DNA of 63,989 nucleotides, the filler included, from Welwitschia mirabilis (taxonomy: Eukaryota): the NCBI GenBank assembly GCA_051453625.1. It is 14 parts of one record of this genome, joined end to end, with 100 filler letters (N's around TTAATTAATTAA, not from the genome) between each part and the next. Parts side by side here need not be neighbours in the genome. Positions count along the whole stretch, not along the records: positions 26,926 to 31,370 come from JBOZIK010000001.1; positions 31,471 to 34,286 come from JBOZIK010000001.1; positions 34,387 to 39,666 come from JBOZIK010000001.1; 11 more parts are not named here. The stretch is one strand, 5' to 3'. A program made the position numbers and the translations under genes. The first letter of the stretch is position 1; every line of letters starts with the position of its first letter. Below the pieces are notes generated by a model. That model made no database searches and was not told the DNA's origin. It saw nothing but the letters and a program-made list of their open reading frames with translations. This document shows, one piece after another, positions 26,926 to 39,766 of this stretch.

Positions 26926-28560
26926 ACCTTAGAGAAATACACCCAAATGATCCTTGATGCTAAAGTGGTAACCGAGAAGAGTGAAGTTATCATTCCAACA
27001 TGCAATTTGTGCAAAGATAGTTATCACATCATGAAAGAATGCCTTTTACTTCCTATGTGCAAGGAGAGAATTTATGAGAAAAGCTTTAAATCAGAGACCC
27101 TCCAACTACATTTAAAACTAAACTAAAGACTAATTCCAAATCATAGTTTTCAAAATAGGATGAATGAGCAACCAAATCTTAGTAATTTTCAAACACATTA
27201 TCCTAACTCCCAGCCTTTCAGAAGTTGATTTGAAAATTTAAACTTCTAATTCAACTATCCAAATAACTTGGCAAACCCTTTCAACTCCCAAAACCATAGT
27301 GATCCTCTTAGGAATTCCATTGAGGAGTTGAGAAAAACTCAAGAGAAGATAAACGCAAACATAGAAAATCTTGTAAGTTTCTTATAACAAACCATGCTTT
27401 CCAACCAAAGAATATAAGGGACCCTTACCACTCAACCCTTACTGAACCCTAACGAAGTACAAAAAGATTATAAGGTAGTGACAAGAAGTGGAACTATCAT
27501 AACTCCCCCTACTCATGAGGCTTTAACTTTCCAAAATAACAAGAACGATGAGGAAGAGGACATAAAAATCCTAGAAAATCATTCCTTCCCTTCTTCACTT
27601 AGCTTAGCAACAAAACGAAANNNNNNNNNNNNNNNNNNNNNNNNNNNNNNNNNNNNNNNNNNNNNNNNNNNNNNNNNNNNNNNNNNNNNNNNNNNNNNNN
27701 NNNNNNNNNNNNNNNNNNNNATCCTAGAAAATCATTCCTTCCCTTCTTCACTTAGCTTAGCAACAAAAAGAAAAATTATTCACAAAATAAACCTACTACC
27801 CGATGGCTTAATAGGCTTAATACAAACCCCATATTTGATGATCATTTGAAAGTATTAATGCAAAACGTGAGCATCAACTTATCTTTTTGGAAACTTTTGT
27901 AAGAAAACCCCAAATACTCTAAGCTATAGAAAGACCTAATAAGAAATAAACAAAAATGAACCATCCCTAGTAAAATCTTCCTAGCTCAATCTATTAGCAA
28001 TTTGATTTCCAAAAAGTTTCTAAAATTTAAAGATCCAGAGGCAGTAACTGTTAGTATCAATTTAGAGGGGAACCAAAGAATTAAGAAATCCTTAATAGAT
28101 ATAGGAGCCAGTGTCAACATTATGCCCTTACACATTTGTAAACATTTAGAATTGGAAGAACAAATAGAACCTAAACAAATTATCTTATAATTAGCTAATG
28201 CATTCATAAAAAGACCTTTCAGTATGATCAAGGACTTGGTTATTTAGATTGAGAAAGCTTTCTACCCCATAGACATAGTNNNNNNNNNNNNNNNNNNNNN
28301 NNNNNNNNNNNNNNNNNNNNNNNNNNNAGCTTCTATGCAATAGCTCATTACATCATAGACACAAGAACTAGATTAATAAAATGCCACTTTGGAAATAAAT
28401 GATTTTCAATTAGAGTGTTTGATGCAGCAGAATAAGATTTAGTCAATGATTTAGGATTGGAGGAAGATATAAAGCCAACCCTATTTTTACAATATCATCC
28501 AACCCTAAAGCAAATTGCAAAAGATAAAATCATAAAAATTATAAGTGGAAAATGGTATAC
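26926..28560 (+). mobile_element. Athila-like gag (CCHC knuckle) and protease
   Basis: CNLCKDSYHIMKEC (C-X2-C-X4-H-X4-C) at 27001-27042, VVTRSG, KFKDP, LIDIGASVNIMP, FYPID. Confidence 0.9.
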
Positions 28561-28569
28561 GCACATAGA

Positions 28570-30625
28570 AAACAATTGAAATGACATGAGGATTTTTAGA
28601 CGCAACTGTGAACATCATAGAAGCATTTGTTCCCTCTCGTTATCTAAGTTCTTTCTTAGCCTACTCTTTTGATTAAATATTGTGACTTCACCTAATCATC
28701 TTTTAACTTGACTTGTGTATTACTTTATAAAGTATCATGATTAGTTTTATATTTAGGCATTTCAAGGTGGTAAGATTGGATTCACCCAATCTTGAGACAT
28801 TTGCATGTCTATGGACTATGTTTATAGGAAGATATCTTATTTCTTTTGTTTTTTNNNNNNNNNNNNNNNNNNNNNNNNNNNNNNNNNNNNNNNNNNNNNN
28901 NNNNNNNNNNNNNNNNNNNNNNNNNNNNNNNNNNNNNNNNNNNNNNNNNNNNNNNNNNNNNNNNNNNNNNNNNNNNNNNNNNNNNNNNNNNNNNNNNNNN
29001 NNNNNNNNNNNNNNNNNNNNNNNNNNNNNNNNNNNNNNNNNNNNNNNNNNNNNNNNNNNNNNNNNNNNNNNNNNNNNNNNNNNNNNNNNNNNNNNNNNNN
29101 NNNNNNNNNNNNNNNNNNNNNNNNNNNNNNNNNNNNNNNNNNNNNNNNNNNNNNNNNNNNNNNNNNNNNNNNAGAAGCAGATAAGTCCATTTCTCAGAAA
29201 CTTTTAGTTTTAACTTTCATTGTTCTACACATCTAACACTTTGAATATTGCTATAACCACAGCCTTTTTAAATAAACTTTATGGAGTTCATACATTTGTT
29301 ATACATCTTTACTCAAGTAATGTTATAATGTTTTTCATGGATGTTTGCCAGGTTAGTACTTAGAATAGGTAAATAATTTTCTCCTTGTTCCTTATGTCCA
29401 TTTATCCTCTATTCTTTTCTTCTGTTTTTATGTCTACTGTTTTCCACTCCTTTTCCTATTTTTCTCTTTTCCCTCAGTATTTTTCCTTTTCATTAGTTTA
29501 GGTAATTTGGAATGCATTACATATTTTATGTGGGAGGCATGACACACATATTTTCAGTATTTCTGTTTATCATAGTGAGGAGTTTTTTATCAATATTATT
29601 TAATTAATAAAATATTTGACTTCTATCACAAGTTCCAATTTTGAAAATCTTTTGAGGAGCCTATCGTCCTCATTATCGTCCAGACGACATACCAGATGAT
29701 CAATTTTTCTAATGCTTTATAGGTATTTTTATTCAGTTTTTGAATTTTTAGAAATTTAGTCTGCCTTTGTAATATGCTTCAAATCTTTTTTAGATACTTT
29801 CTTTAGATATCCTAGCTGTGTTTATTATTTAAAAGTTAGCTTGTAAATATGGTTTACTACCTAGTTTTGTCAGGGACTGACAAGGCTAAGTGGGGGGCTA
29901 TGTTACGTCACCAACTTATGTGTATTTGATAGGGTATTATGAGTTTTTTTATAGGTAAATTAATAGATAAAATACTTAGTTCTTATGATAATCAAAAACC
30001 AAGATAAAGAGAATGAAAACATGCATTTTCCAAATAAATTACAAGCATTTGATGCAGATATAGATAAATTATATTTTTGGATAATGATTCCCATAAATAA
30101 ATAAGTGATTGGAATGACTAAAGATTGACACAAGCCTGTTGTCCATCTCATCGTCCGAACATCAGTCTCGGACGACATCTCCAACTGGTCGACAACACTT
30201 TACATGTGGTCAGACAGGCAGTTAAACTAGAGCAGACCAAAAGTTCCAATTATCAGTCTTCATCCTCTTCTCCTTCGTCTGGACGATCCAAAAGATGATA
30301 CTATTCTGTCATACTTTTGTCGCTACTTTTACGACTTTACTTTGCATGTTAGCTAGGGTTTTCTCCATGCTTTTCTGTCACTTCCCTTTCCTTTTCTGTC
30401 TATAAACAAATGTCTTCCCCTCGATCTGTAATCATCTTCGACATACTCATGAAAGGAGATCTTAGGACCAGAGAACCATTCTGTGATTGCAGAGAGACGT
30501 TACCTTGGTGTTGAGCAGCGTTTCCTTCATTGAGAAATGGCTACTTTGTAATATGAATGTTGCATGCTTTTTAATATGAATTATCCTTTTTTATTCAATA
30601 TATGTAGGAACTTATCCCTCATAGT
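28570..30625 (+). mobile_element. Athila-like integrase tail, 3' UTR, PPT and 3' LTR subtype A
   Basis: 28570-28750 is colinear with 31570-31790. GGCTAAGTGGGGGGCTA at 29884-29900 directly precedes TGTTACGTCACCAAC at 29901. Confidence 0.85.
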
Positions 30626-30725
30626 NNNNNNNNNNNNNNNNNNNNNNNNNNNNNNNNNNNNNNNNNNNNNNNNNNNNNNNNNNNNNNNNNNNNNNNNNNN
30701 NNNNNNNNNNNNNNNNNNNNNNNNN

Positions 30726-31370
30726 TAACTAAAGATTGATACAAGCTTGTCACCGATCTCATCGTCCGGATGTCAGTATAAGACACCATCGCTAACTAGT
30801 CGATAATAGTTTATATGCAGTTAGACAGAAAGTTAAACTAGAGTAGACTAAGAGTTCCAATTATTAGTCTTCATCATCTTCTCCTTTGTCTGGATGACTA
30901 GAAAGGCGACACTATTCTCTCACACTTTTATCAAATGTTCTCTCGAGTTATCGCTACTTTATTATAACTTTACTTTGCATGTTAGCNNNNNNNNNNNNNN
31001 NNNNNNNNNNNNNNNNNNNNNNNNNNNNNNNNNNNNNNNNNNNNNNNNNNNNNNNNNNNNNNNNNNNNNNNNNNNNNNNNNNNNNNACTATTCTCTCACA
31101 CTTTTATCAAATGTTCTCTCGAGTTATCGCTACTTTATTATAACTTTACTTTGCATGTTAGCTAGGGTTTTCTTCATGCTTTTCTGTCCATCTCCTTTCC
31201 TTTTTTTGTCTATAAATAAAGGTCTCCACCTTGATCCCTAATCATCTTTGACAGTATCTGATATACTAATGACAGGAGATCTTAGAACCGGAGAGCCATC
31301 TTGTAATCTAGAGAGACATTACCTTAGTGTTGGGTGGTGTTTCCTCTATTAAGGAATGACTACTTTGTGA
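30726..31370 (+). mobile_element. Second, diverged partial LTR subtype A in tandem with the preceding LTR
   Basis: Repeats the 30115-30550 segment with many substitutions, so it is a separate copy rather than a read overlap. Confidence 0.75.
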
Positions 31371-31470
31371 NNNNNNNNNNNNNNNNNNNNNNNNNNNNNN
31401 NNNNNNNNNNNNNNTTAATTAATTAANNNNNNNNNNNNNNNNNNNNNNNNNNNNNNNNNNNNNNNNNNNN

Positions 31471-34286
31471 CTAAATGGTTAGGTTCTTATCTTATACAAA
31501 AAGTACATTTTAATGGCTCAATTAAAATTTTAGATCTGGAAACTAAAGAGATTTAGAAAGTTAATGGACAACGGTTGAAATTATATGAGGGATCTTTAGA
31601 TGCAACTGTGAACATGGTAGAAGCACCTATTTTGGAGGTTACCCTCAGTGAGGAGGACTTCCTCTCTATCATTGTCTAAGTTCTTTCTTAGTCTACTCTT
31701 TTGGTTAAATATTATGACTTTACCTGATCATATTTTAAACTTGATTTATCTATTACTTTGTGAAGTATCATGATTAGTTTTATATTTNNNNNNNNNNNNN
31801 NNNNNNNNNNNNNNNNNNNNNNNNNNNNNNNNNNNNNNNNNNNNNNNNNNNNNNNNNNNNNNNNNNNNNNNNNNNNNNNNNNNNNNNNNNNNNNNNNNNN
31901 NNNNNNNNNNNNNNNNNNNNNNNNNNNNNNNNNNNNNNNNNNNNNNNNNNNNNNNNNNNNNNNNNNNNNNNNNNNNNNNNNNNNNNNNNNNNNNNNNNNN
32001 NNNNNNNNNNNNNNNNNNNNNNNNNNNNNNNNNNNNNNNNNNNNNNNNNNNNNNNNNNNNNNNNNNNNNNNNNNNNNNNNNNNNNNNNNNNNNNNNNNNN
32101 NNNNNNNNNNNNNNNNNNNNNNNNNNNNNNNNNNNNNNNNNNNNNNNNNNNNNNNNNNNNNNNNNNNNNNNNNNNNNNNNNNNNNNNNNNNNNNNNNNNN
32201 NNNNNNNNNNNNNNNNNNATGGCAAAAGAAATAAACCCTTCATATTCCAACTTGATCATTTTACTTTTGGAGATTTTGGTGAGTTTTTGGGGTCAAATTA
32301 GATGAATCCATTTTTATGTAACTTCTAGTTTTGACCTTCATTGTTTTACATACTTGATACTTTAGATGTCATCATAAACACTACCTTTTTTAATGAACTT
32401 TATGGAGTTAATAACTTTTGTCATGCATCTTTACTCAGGTGATGTAATGATGTTTTTCTTGGAGTTTGCTATGTTAGTACTTAGAATAGGTAAACAANNN
32501 NNNNNNNNNNNNNNNNNNNNNNNNNNNNNNNNNNNNNNNNNNNNNNNNNNNNNNNNNNNNNNNNNNNNNNNNNNNNNNNNNNNNNNNNNNNNNNNNNNNN
32601 NNNNNNNTTTAGTAGTCTTCTTGCTATTCAAATCATGATACAACATCTTTTTCCATTTCTTTTTCTCATGATTTGATAACTCAAGATGTATTACATATTT
32701 TAAGGTAGGGCAAGTCATATTTTTAGTATTTTTGATATTTTTTTTAAATATGAAAATCATTATTGCTAATCCTCCTTCTTTTTCCCTACTCTTGAGCCAG
32801 TTACTGAACCAGGATTCATCATGCGTAGATGAGGGAAGTGATTCTACATTTTGTTTTAGCATGATGTACTAATTCTGTCTGATTTTTACATGATTATCAT
32901 TATATTTGACTATTTATAATGATTACTTAATTAATGAAAAATTAATTTCTATTACAGGTTCTAGTTTTGAAAAACCTTTGGAAAATCCTGTCATCCTCAT
33001 ACTCGTCCAAATGACCATACCAGACGACTCAGCTATAATGCTTAGCAGGTATTTCTATTCCGAAATTCANNNNNNNNNNNNNNNNNNNNNNNNNNNNNNN
33101 NNNNNNNNNNNNNNNNNNNNNNNNNNNNNNNNNNNNNNNNNNNNNNNNNNNNNNNNNNNNNNNNNNNNNNNNNNNNNNNNNNNNNNNNNNNNNNNNNNNN
33201 NNNNNNNNNNNNNNNNNNNNNNNNNNNNNNNNNNNNNNNNNNNNNNNNNNNNNNGTTGTTTTACAATTAAATTAGTAGATAAATGCTTAGTTCATATGAT
33301 AATAAAGAACCAGGATGAAAAGAATGAAAACATGCAATTTCCAGAAAAATTATAAGCCTTTTGTTCAGATATGAATAAATGATATTTTTTGATAATAATT
33401 CATGTAAACAACAAGTGATTAGACTAACTGAAGATTGATAAAACATCATTGTACACCTTATCGTCTAGATGTCAGTATAGATGACATCGCCAACTAGTCA
33501 ATAACAGTTAGACAGGCAGTTAAACTAAGAGCAAACAAAGATCTATCTATTAGTCAGCATCATCTCCTATATCGTTCGGATGACCAGATGGACGATAATA
33601 TTTTCTGATACTTACATCAAATGTTTACCTAAGCTGTTACCACTTTATTGTGAATTTTCTTTGCATGGCAGTTAGGATTTTTCCTGCACCTTTTTATCAG
33701 TTCCCTTTCTTTTTTGTTTATAAATAAAGGTCTCCTCCTCGATTCCTAATTATCTTTGACAGTACTCGACATACTTATAATAGAAGATCAAAGGACTGGA
33801 GAACCATTTTGTAATTTTAGAGAGATGTTCCCTTAGTGTTAGATAGCATTTCCTCTATTGAAAAATGACTACTTTGTAATGCAGATGTGATAGCATTTTC
33901 AATAATAAAATATTTTCTTTTGTATTTAGATGTATGNNNNNNNNNNNNNNNNNNNNNNNNNNNNNNNNNNNNNNNNNNNNNNNNNNNNNNNNNNNNNNNN
34001 NNNNNNNNNNNNNNNNNNNNNNNNNNNNNNNNNNNNNNNNNNNNNNNNNNNNNNGGAATTGCACAAGTGTGTTTTATTATAATTCCATGCATTGCATTTT
34101 ATTTTTGTAAGTTAGGGTTACATATTTCTATCTTAAAAGCAGCTCTTTTATTTCCATACTTTGGCCTTTAATGGATTGCAACATTCAAGTCACTTCCATC
34201 TATATTAGTGTGTTGTGTTTGTGCATATTATTTGTAATTAATAGGATTCAGATCAAGACGTGAATGTTGGATAAATACACACTGCA
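31471..34286 (+). mobile_element. Athila-like integrase C-terminus, 3' UTR and LTR subtype A (about 33256-34286)
   Basis: KWLGSY, NGSIKI and KVNGQRLKLY at 31471-31590. The LTR is colinear with 21790-22800. Confidence 0.85.
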
Positions 34287-34386
34287 NNNNNNNNNNNNNN
34301 NNNNNNNNNNNNNNNNNNNNNNNNNNNNNNTTAATTAATTAANNNNNNNNNNNNNNNNNNNNNNNNNNNNNNNNNNNNNNNNNNNN

Positions 34387-37325
34387 AAAATCTATCATTA
34401 TTTGATGAAAGATATTTTAATGTTTCTTAGCTTGATTTATTCTCTTCTCTAAATAGCTCCATTAATTCTAAATTGTAATCCTTCTCTGAGTTGAGTTAAT
34501 CATTTTTCATCATCTCAATGCTCATCTCCATTAATTTTAAAAGTTGAATCTCATATATTGGTAGAAATTCTTCATCCTTATAAAACATGTGAAAGTTTGC
34601 GATATGATTTAAGATTTCAATGTCATCTTCTTTCTCTTCTTTACTATTCTCATGATCTTGTTACATGTTTTTATTTTTATTAGAAGGGAAAATGTGATCA
34701 TCATTTNNNNNNNNNNNNNNNNNNNNNNNNNNNNNNNNNNNNNNNNNNNNNNNNNNNNNNNNNNNNNNNNNNNNNNNNNNNNNNNNNNNNNNNNNNNNNN
34801 NNNNNNNNNNNNNNNNNNNNNNNNNNNNNNNNNNNNNNNNNNNNNNNNNNNNNNNNNNNNNNNNNNNNNNNNNNNNNNNNNNNNNNNNNNNNNNNNNNNN
34901 NNNNNNNNNNNNNNNNNNNNNNNNNNNNNNNNNNNNNNNNNNNNNNNNNNNNNNNNNNNNNNNNNNNNNNNNNNNNNNNNNNNNNNNNNNNNNNNNNNNN
35001 NNNNNNNNNNNNNNCTATTAACTATCTACTTGATACTGTCCCTTAGCATATAGGTTCTAACACAAGGTTAGAGTTCCAGCATTTCTAGAAGAGATCCTTA
35101 ATTTTGTTAAATAAAAGCAACCAAAGTTTTTATAAGCTTATTGTTGATTTCTATATGTTTATAGATATTTTCTTGTTGCCTTTTTATTGTGTCCCTTAAT
35201 ACTTCTAATGGATCATTTTCTACTTCATAGTAGTTTATGGAAGAAGGATGGGATGGGTAAAAGTAATTACATGAGGTTAAATTTCTAAGATTTTCTTCAT
35301 TATTTTCATATAGATTTTGAAAAGAAAAAAATGAATAATAATCTAGTTGAAAAAAGGAATTGGACCTATTCATACTCTCAACATTTCTTTGTGTTGGTTT
35401 CCCTTTTTTTTGCAAAAAGCTCTCTAAGTGTTTTATTACCATTTTCCTTAGATTCTATTCTCCTTTTCTTAGCAATAAGTTCCCAAACTATTTTCTTACT
35501 ATCATTCTCAAATTTTTTTTCCTTCTTTTTTTAGCAATAAGTTTCCTAATTGTTTTATTGCTATTTTCCTCAGATTCTTCCTAAATATTATCTTTTTATA
35601 AGAATTTTTATACATGTCAATTAATCACTATTCATTTTTTAGAAGAATGGGAGGAAGAGAATCTTTAGTTTAAAATGAATGTAGGTGCCTCAAAGATGAT
35701 GAAAATAAAATGAGCTTGGAAAAATAATGTATGCACCTAAAGTTTGTATTTATGTCCTTCTTAAATACTTTCTTTTGTCAGCAGCCCTTTTTTCTCTGAT
35801 ACGCCATTTTTTGGACTGACAATCTCACAATACCTACAAACAAAAAACAATAGAAAACAAATAAAAAACAACACTATCATCTTATCTATCATGGAGATGA
35901 TAGAGAGGATGACACTCATAGAAAACCAGAAAATAGAAATAGAAACAAAAATTAAAATAAAAGGTGAAAAACACAAGGAACAGGACTGTCATTCACCTAA
36001 TCATCCAGAAGTCACAGGAGATGATAGAAACNNNNNNNNNNNNNNNNNNNNNNNNNNNNNNNNNNNNNNNNNNNNNNNNNNNNNNNNNNNNNNNNNNNNN
36101 NNNNNNNNNNNNNNNNNNNNNNNNNNNNNNNNNNNNNNNNNNNNNNNNNNNNNNNNNNNNNNNNNNNNNNNNNNNNNNNNNNNNNNNNNNNNNNNNNNNN
36201 NNNNNNNNNNNNNNNNNNNNNNNNNNNNNNNNNNNNNNNNNNNNNNNNNNNNNNNNATAGACTTCTCTGAAAATGGTGCCAAAATGTTGCAGTGTGTATT
36301 TGTGCAAGCTTTTATATTTAAAGAGATTTTGCCATTAATAATTAAAATAGATATTTTGCACAATACATCATACTAGTATAATGGGAATTAACCTAAAATT
36401 TCATATTCTCATTGAAGCCTATGAGTATAATACTTAGATTGCTTTTGTAAATAAAACTAGGAATCAAAAGTAAAGAATAATGCAAGAAAATAAAGATACA
36501 ATGCAAGATGCAAATTAATACTACTTGCTTTCAGCCTTATCAAAGGCTTCCCTTGGTAATCTATATCACCCAAGAAATTATCACCAGATGAAGGGCAACA
36601 TAAACTATAAGTGTCATAAGAAAATATGCAATGCAAATATGAAAATAAAATAAAGGTTTACATTAAAAAGAGTAACAATCATCTAGGCTACAAAACAACT
36701 AGGTCTTAATGGATGATATGTAGCCCTCCAACAAGTGTACATCTTTTTACAACACACACAGATAGATCTTCCGCCCTTTGATCTTCTATCACAAGAATAT
36801 CTAGTGTATCAAATATAGAAAGGAGAGTCAATGGGGGTCTTATTTATAAGAGAATACAATAGAAAATAACAAACAGTAGGTATGGTTAGACATGCTTATA
36901 AATGACTCAGAAACAAACAAAACGAATAAGGAAATCTGTCAGAGTCAGTTACATGTCAGTGTTTTTTGGGATGTCATCTGGATGATAGTAGGAACAATAG
37001 TACATTATAGACTATTCTCAAAATGATAACTTAGTAATCCACATCAGTAGTCGTTGTTCTACATATTATGGGGAAGACTAAGGGGACGATGGTCTTCTTT
37101 GATTATTTTCTTGAGAAGAAACTTAGCATTTTTATTATTAATCCTTCTTTAAAGCTCTATTCATCAAAAAGTTCCTTTAATACATTAAATATGGATAAGA
37201 ATTGCACTTTTCTGATATTTCATCATGTATCTCCAAAATCCTTAGAATTGTACCTAAACCTATATAAAAGTTCTGCAAAATAACTTATAAAACCCATTAA
37301 ATAACTATAAATTGGCATCGCAACA
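34387..37325 (-). mobile_element. Athila-like element 5' half on minus strand: LTR subtype B (36285-37325), PBS (36264-36281), leader and gag remnant
   Basis: Minus-strand LTR starts TGTTGCGATGCCAATTT at 37325 and ends ACACACTGCAACA at 36285, followed by TTT and TGGCACCATTTTCAGAGA. The DPLEVLRDTIKRQQE coiled-coil segment resembles gag at 27300-27420. Confidence 0.8.
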
Positions 37326-39666
37326 CCCATAGATGCTATTATCATAGAAGTTAAGCATAACGGAGGATATCCTTTACTTCTAGNNNNNNNNNNNNNNNNN
37401 NNNNNNNNNNNNNNNNNNNNNNNNNNNNNNNNNNNNNNNNNNNNNNNNNNNNNNNNNNNNNNNNNNNNNNNNNNNNNNNNNNNNNNNNNNNNNNNNNNNN
37501 NNNNNNNNNNNNNNNNNNNNNNNNNNNNNNNNNNNNNNNNNNNNNNNNNNNNNNNNNNNNNNNNNNNNNNNNNNNNNNNNNNNNNAAATAAGCATGTGCT
37601 TTTGATGACCAACTTAAGAATAAAAAAGAAATAAAACCTTTAAAGTGCAAGGAAGTCCAACCTTTCAAGAAAGATTATAAGGGATATTGTCCATTACATA
37701 AGCCAAAAATTGAAAATCATAATTTAAATTTAAATGAGTAAAATGTTTTTAATGGACTTGAAGGTAATTTTCTTTGTAATACTCAAAATAAAACTCTTAC
37801 ATTTAATAAAAATCTTTTATCAGAGTTNNNNNNNNNNNNNNNNNNNNNNNNNNNNNNNNNNNNNNNNNNNNNNNNNNNNNNNNNNNNNNNNNNNNNNNNN
37901 NNNNNNNNNNNNNNNNNNNNNNNNNNNNNNNNNNNNNNNNNNNNNNNNNNNNNNNNNNNNNNNNNNNNNNNNNNNNNNNNNNNNNNNNNNNNNNNNNNNN
38001 NNNNNAAAATAGATCTTTGACTTTCCCTTCTTCTTTTTTTTTAATAAAAGTTTGAATTAGATTTAGGAATTGAATAAAATTTATTTGCCTTGCTATTTGC
38101 TTTTCAAGTTTTTATTTTAAGATTCTTTTTTTTCATTTTCTATTTTTAGTGTTTATTTCTATTTGTAGTTTCTATTTTTTGTTTCTGTCATAATAATCTA
38201 TTATCTTGCTTGTAGTTCCCATGATAAGGTAGATGATAGTTANNNNNNNNNNNNNNNNNNNNNNNNNNNNNNNNNNNNNNNNNNNNNNNNNNNNNNNNNN
38301 NNNNNNNNNNNNNNNNNNNNNNNNNNNNNNNNNNNNNNNNNNNNNNNNNNNNNNNNNNNNNNNNNNNNNNNNNNNNNNNNNNNNNNNNNNNNNNNNNNNN
38401 NNNNNNNNNNNNNNNNNNNNNNNNNNNNNNNNNNNNNNNNNNNNNNNNNNNNNNNNNNNNNNNNNNNNNNNNNNNNNNNNNNNNNNNNNNNNNNNNNNNN
38501 NNNNNNNNNNNNNNNNNNNNNNNNNNNNNNNNNNNNNNNNNNNNNNNNNNNNNNNNNNNNNNNNNNNNNNNNNNNNNNNNNNNNNNNNNNNNNNNNNNNN
38601 NNNNNNNNNNNNNNNNNNNNNNNNNNNNNNNNNNNNNNNNNNNNNNNNNNNNNNNNNNNNNNNNNNNNNNNNNNNNNNNNNNNNNNNNNNNNNNNAAAGG
38701 GTATTAGATTGTTTAAGAATGTTATTTTTTGTCTTAATTCTTATGACTTTCACCTTTGTCTTTTAGAGTATTTGGTCATGTAAAATATTATTTTATTTTA
38801 TTTTAAAAAAATTATAAAATAAAAAGCATGATGTTTTATATTTGTGATATCTTAAAAACATGGTCATCATGATGTCCTGCTGCAAGTACACTGGGATAAA
38901 TATTTTCAAGAGAAGCCTTTGGCAGNNNNNNNNNNNNNNNNNNNNNNNNNNNNNNNNNNNNNNNNNNNNNNNNNNNNNNNNNNNNNNNNNNNNNNNNNNN
39001 NNNNNNNNNNNNNNNNNNNNNNNNNNNNNNNNNNNNNNNNNNNNNNNNNNNNNNNNNNNNNNNNNNNNNNNNNNNNNNNNNNNNNNNNNNNNNNNNNNNN
39101 NNNNNNNNNNNNNNNNNNNNNNNNNNNNNNNNNNNNNNNNNNNNNNNNNNNNNNNNNNNNNNNNNNNNNNNNNNNNNNNNNNNNNNNNNNNNNNNNNNNN
39201 NNNNNNNNNNNNNNNNNNNNNNNNNNNNNNNNNNNNNNNNNNNNNNNNNNNNNNNNNNNNNNNNNNNNNNNNNNNNNNNNNNNNNNNNNNNNNNNNNNNN
39301 NNNNNNNNNNNNNNNNNNNNNNNNNNNNNNNNNNNNNNNNNNNNNNNNNNNNNNNNNNNNNNNNNNNNNNNNNNNNNNNNNNNNNNNNNNNNNNNNNNNN
39401 NNTGTAATATGATAGCTATGAGAACTCCACTAGGAGGTCAGTTGGCCATACTTCATAGGTCCATACTTTTCTGATAGTGGTTGTACTCCCCTCATCATGG
39501 ATAATCAAGTTGTATTTAAACTTTGAGGCTATGGAATCAGTGGTATTCCTTGTCTCATTATAAGCATTACTTGTTTCTTAGACTCTTAGTCTTTCCACAG
39601 GATCATTTAATTTCTTGAGATTTGGGGGTTTTTTTTTTTTTTTAGATGACGGCATGAGAGTTCATT
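37326..39666 (+). mobile_element. Host Athila-like copy: protease tail and 3' UTR
   Basis: PIDAIIIEVKHNGGYPLLL immediately after the inserted LTR. 38760-39600 matches the 3' UTR blocks at 55350-55800 and, on the reverse strand, 59900-60300. Confidence 0.7.
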
Positions 39667-39766
39667 NNNNNNNNNNNNNNNNNNNNNNNNNNNNNNNNNN
39701 NNNNNNNNNNTTAATTAATTAANNNNNNNNNNNNNNNNNNNNNNNNNNNNNNNNNNNNNNNNNNNN

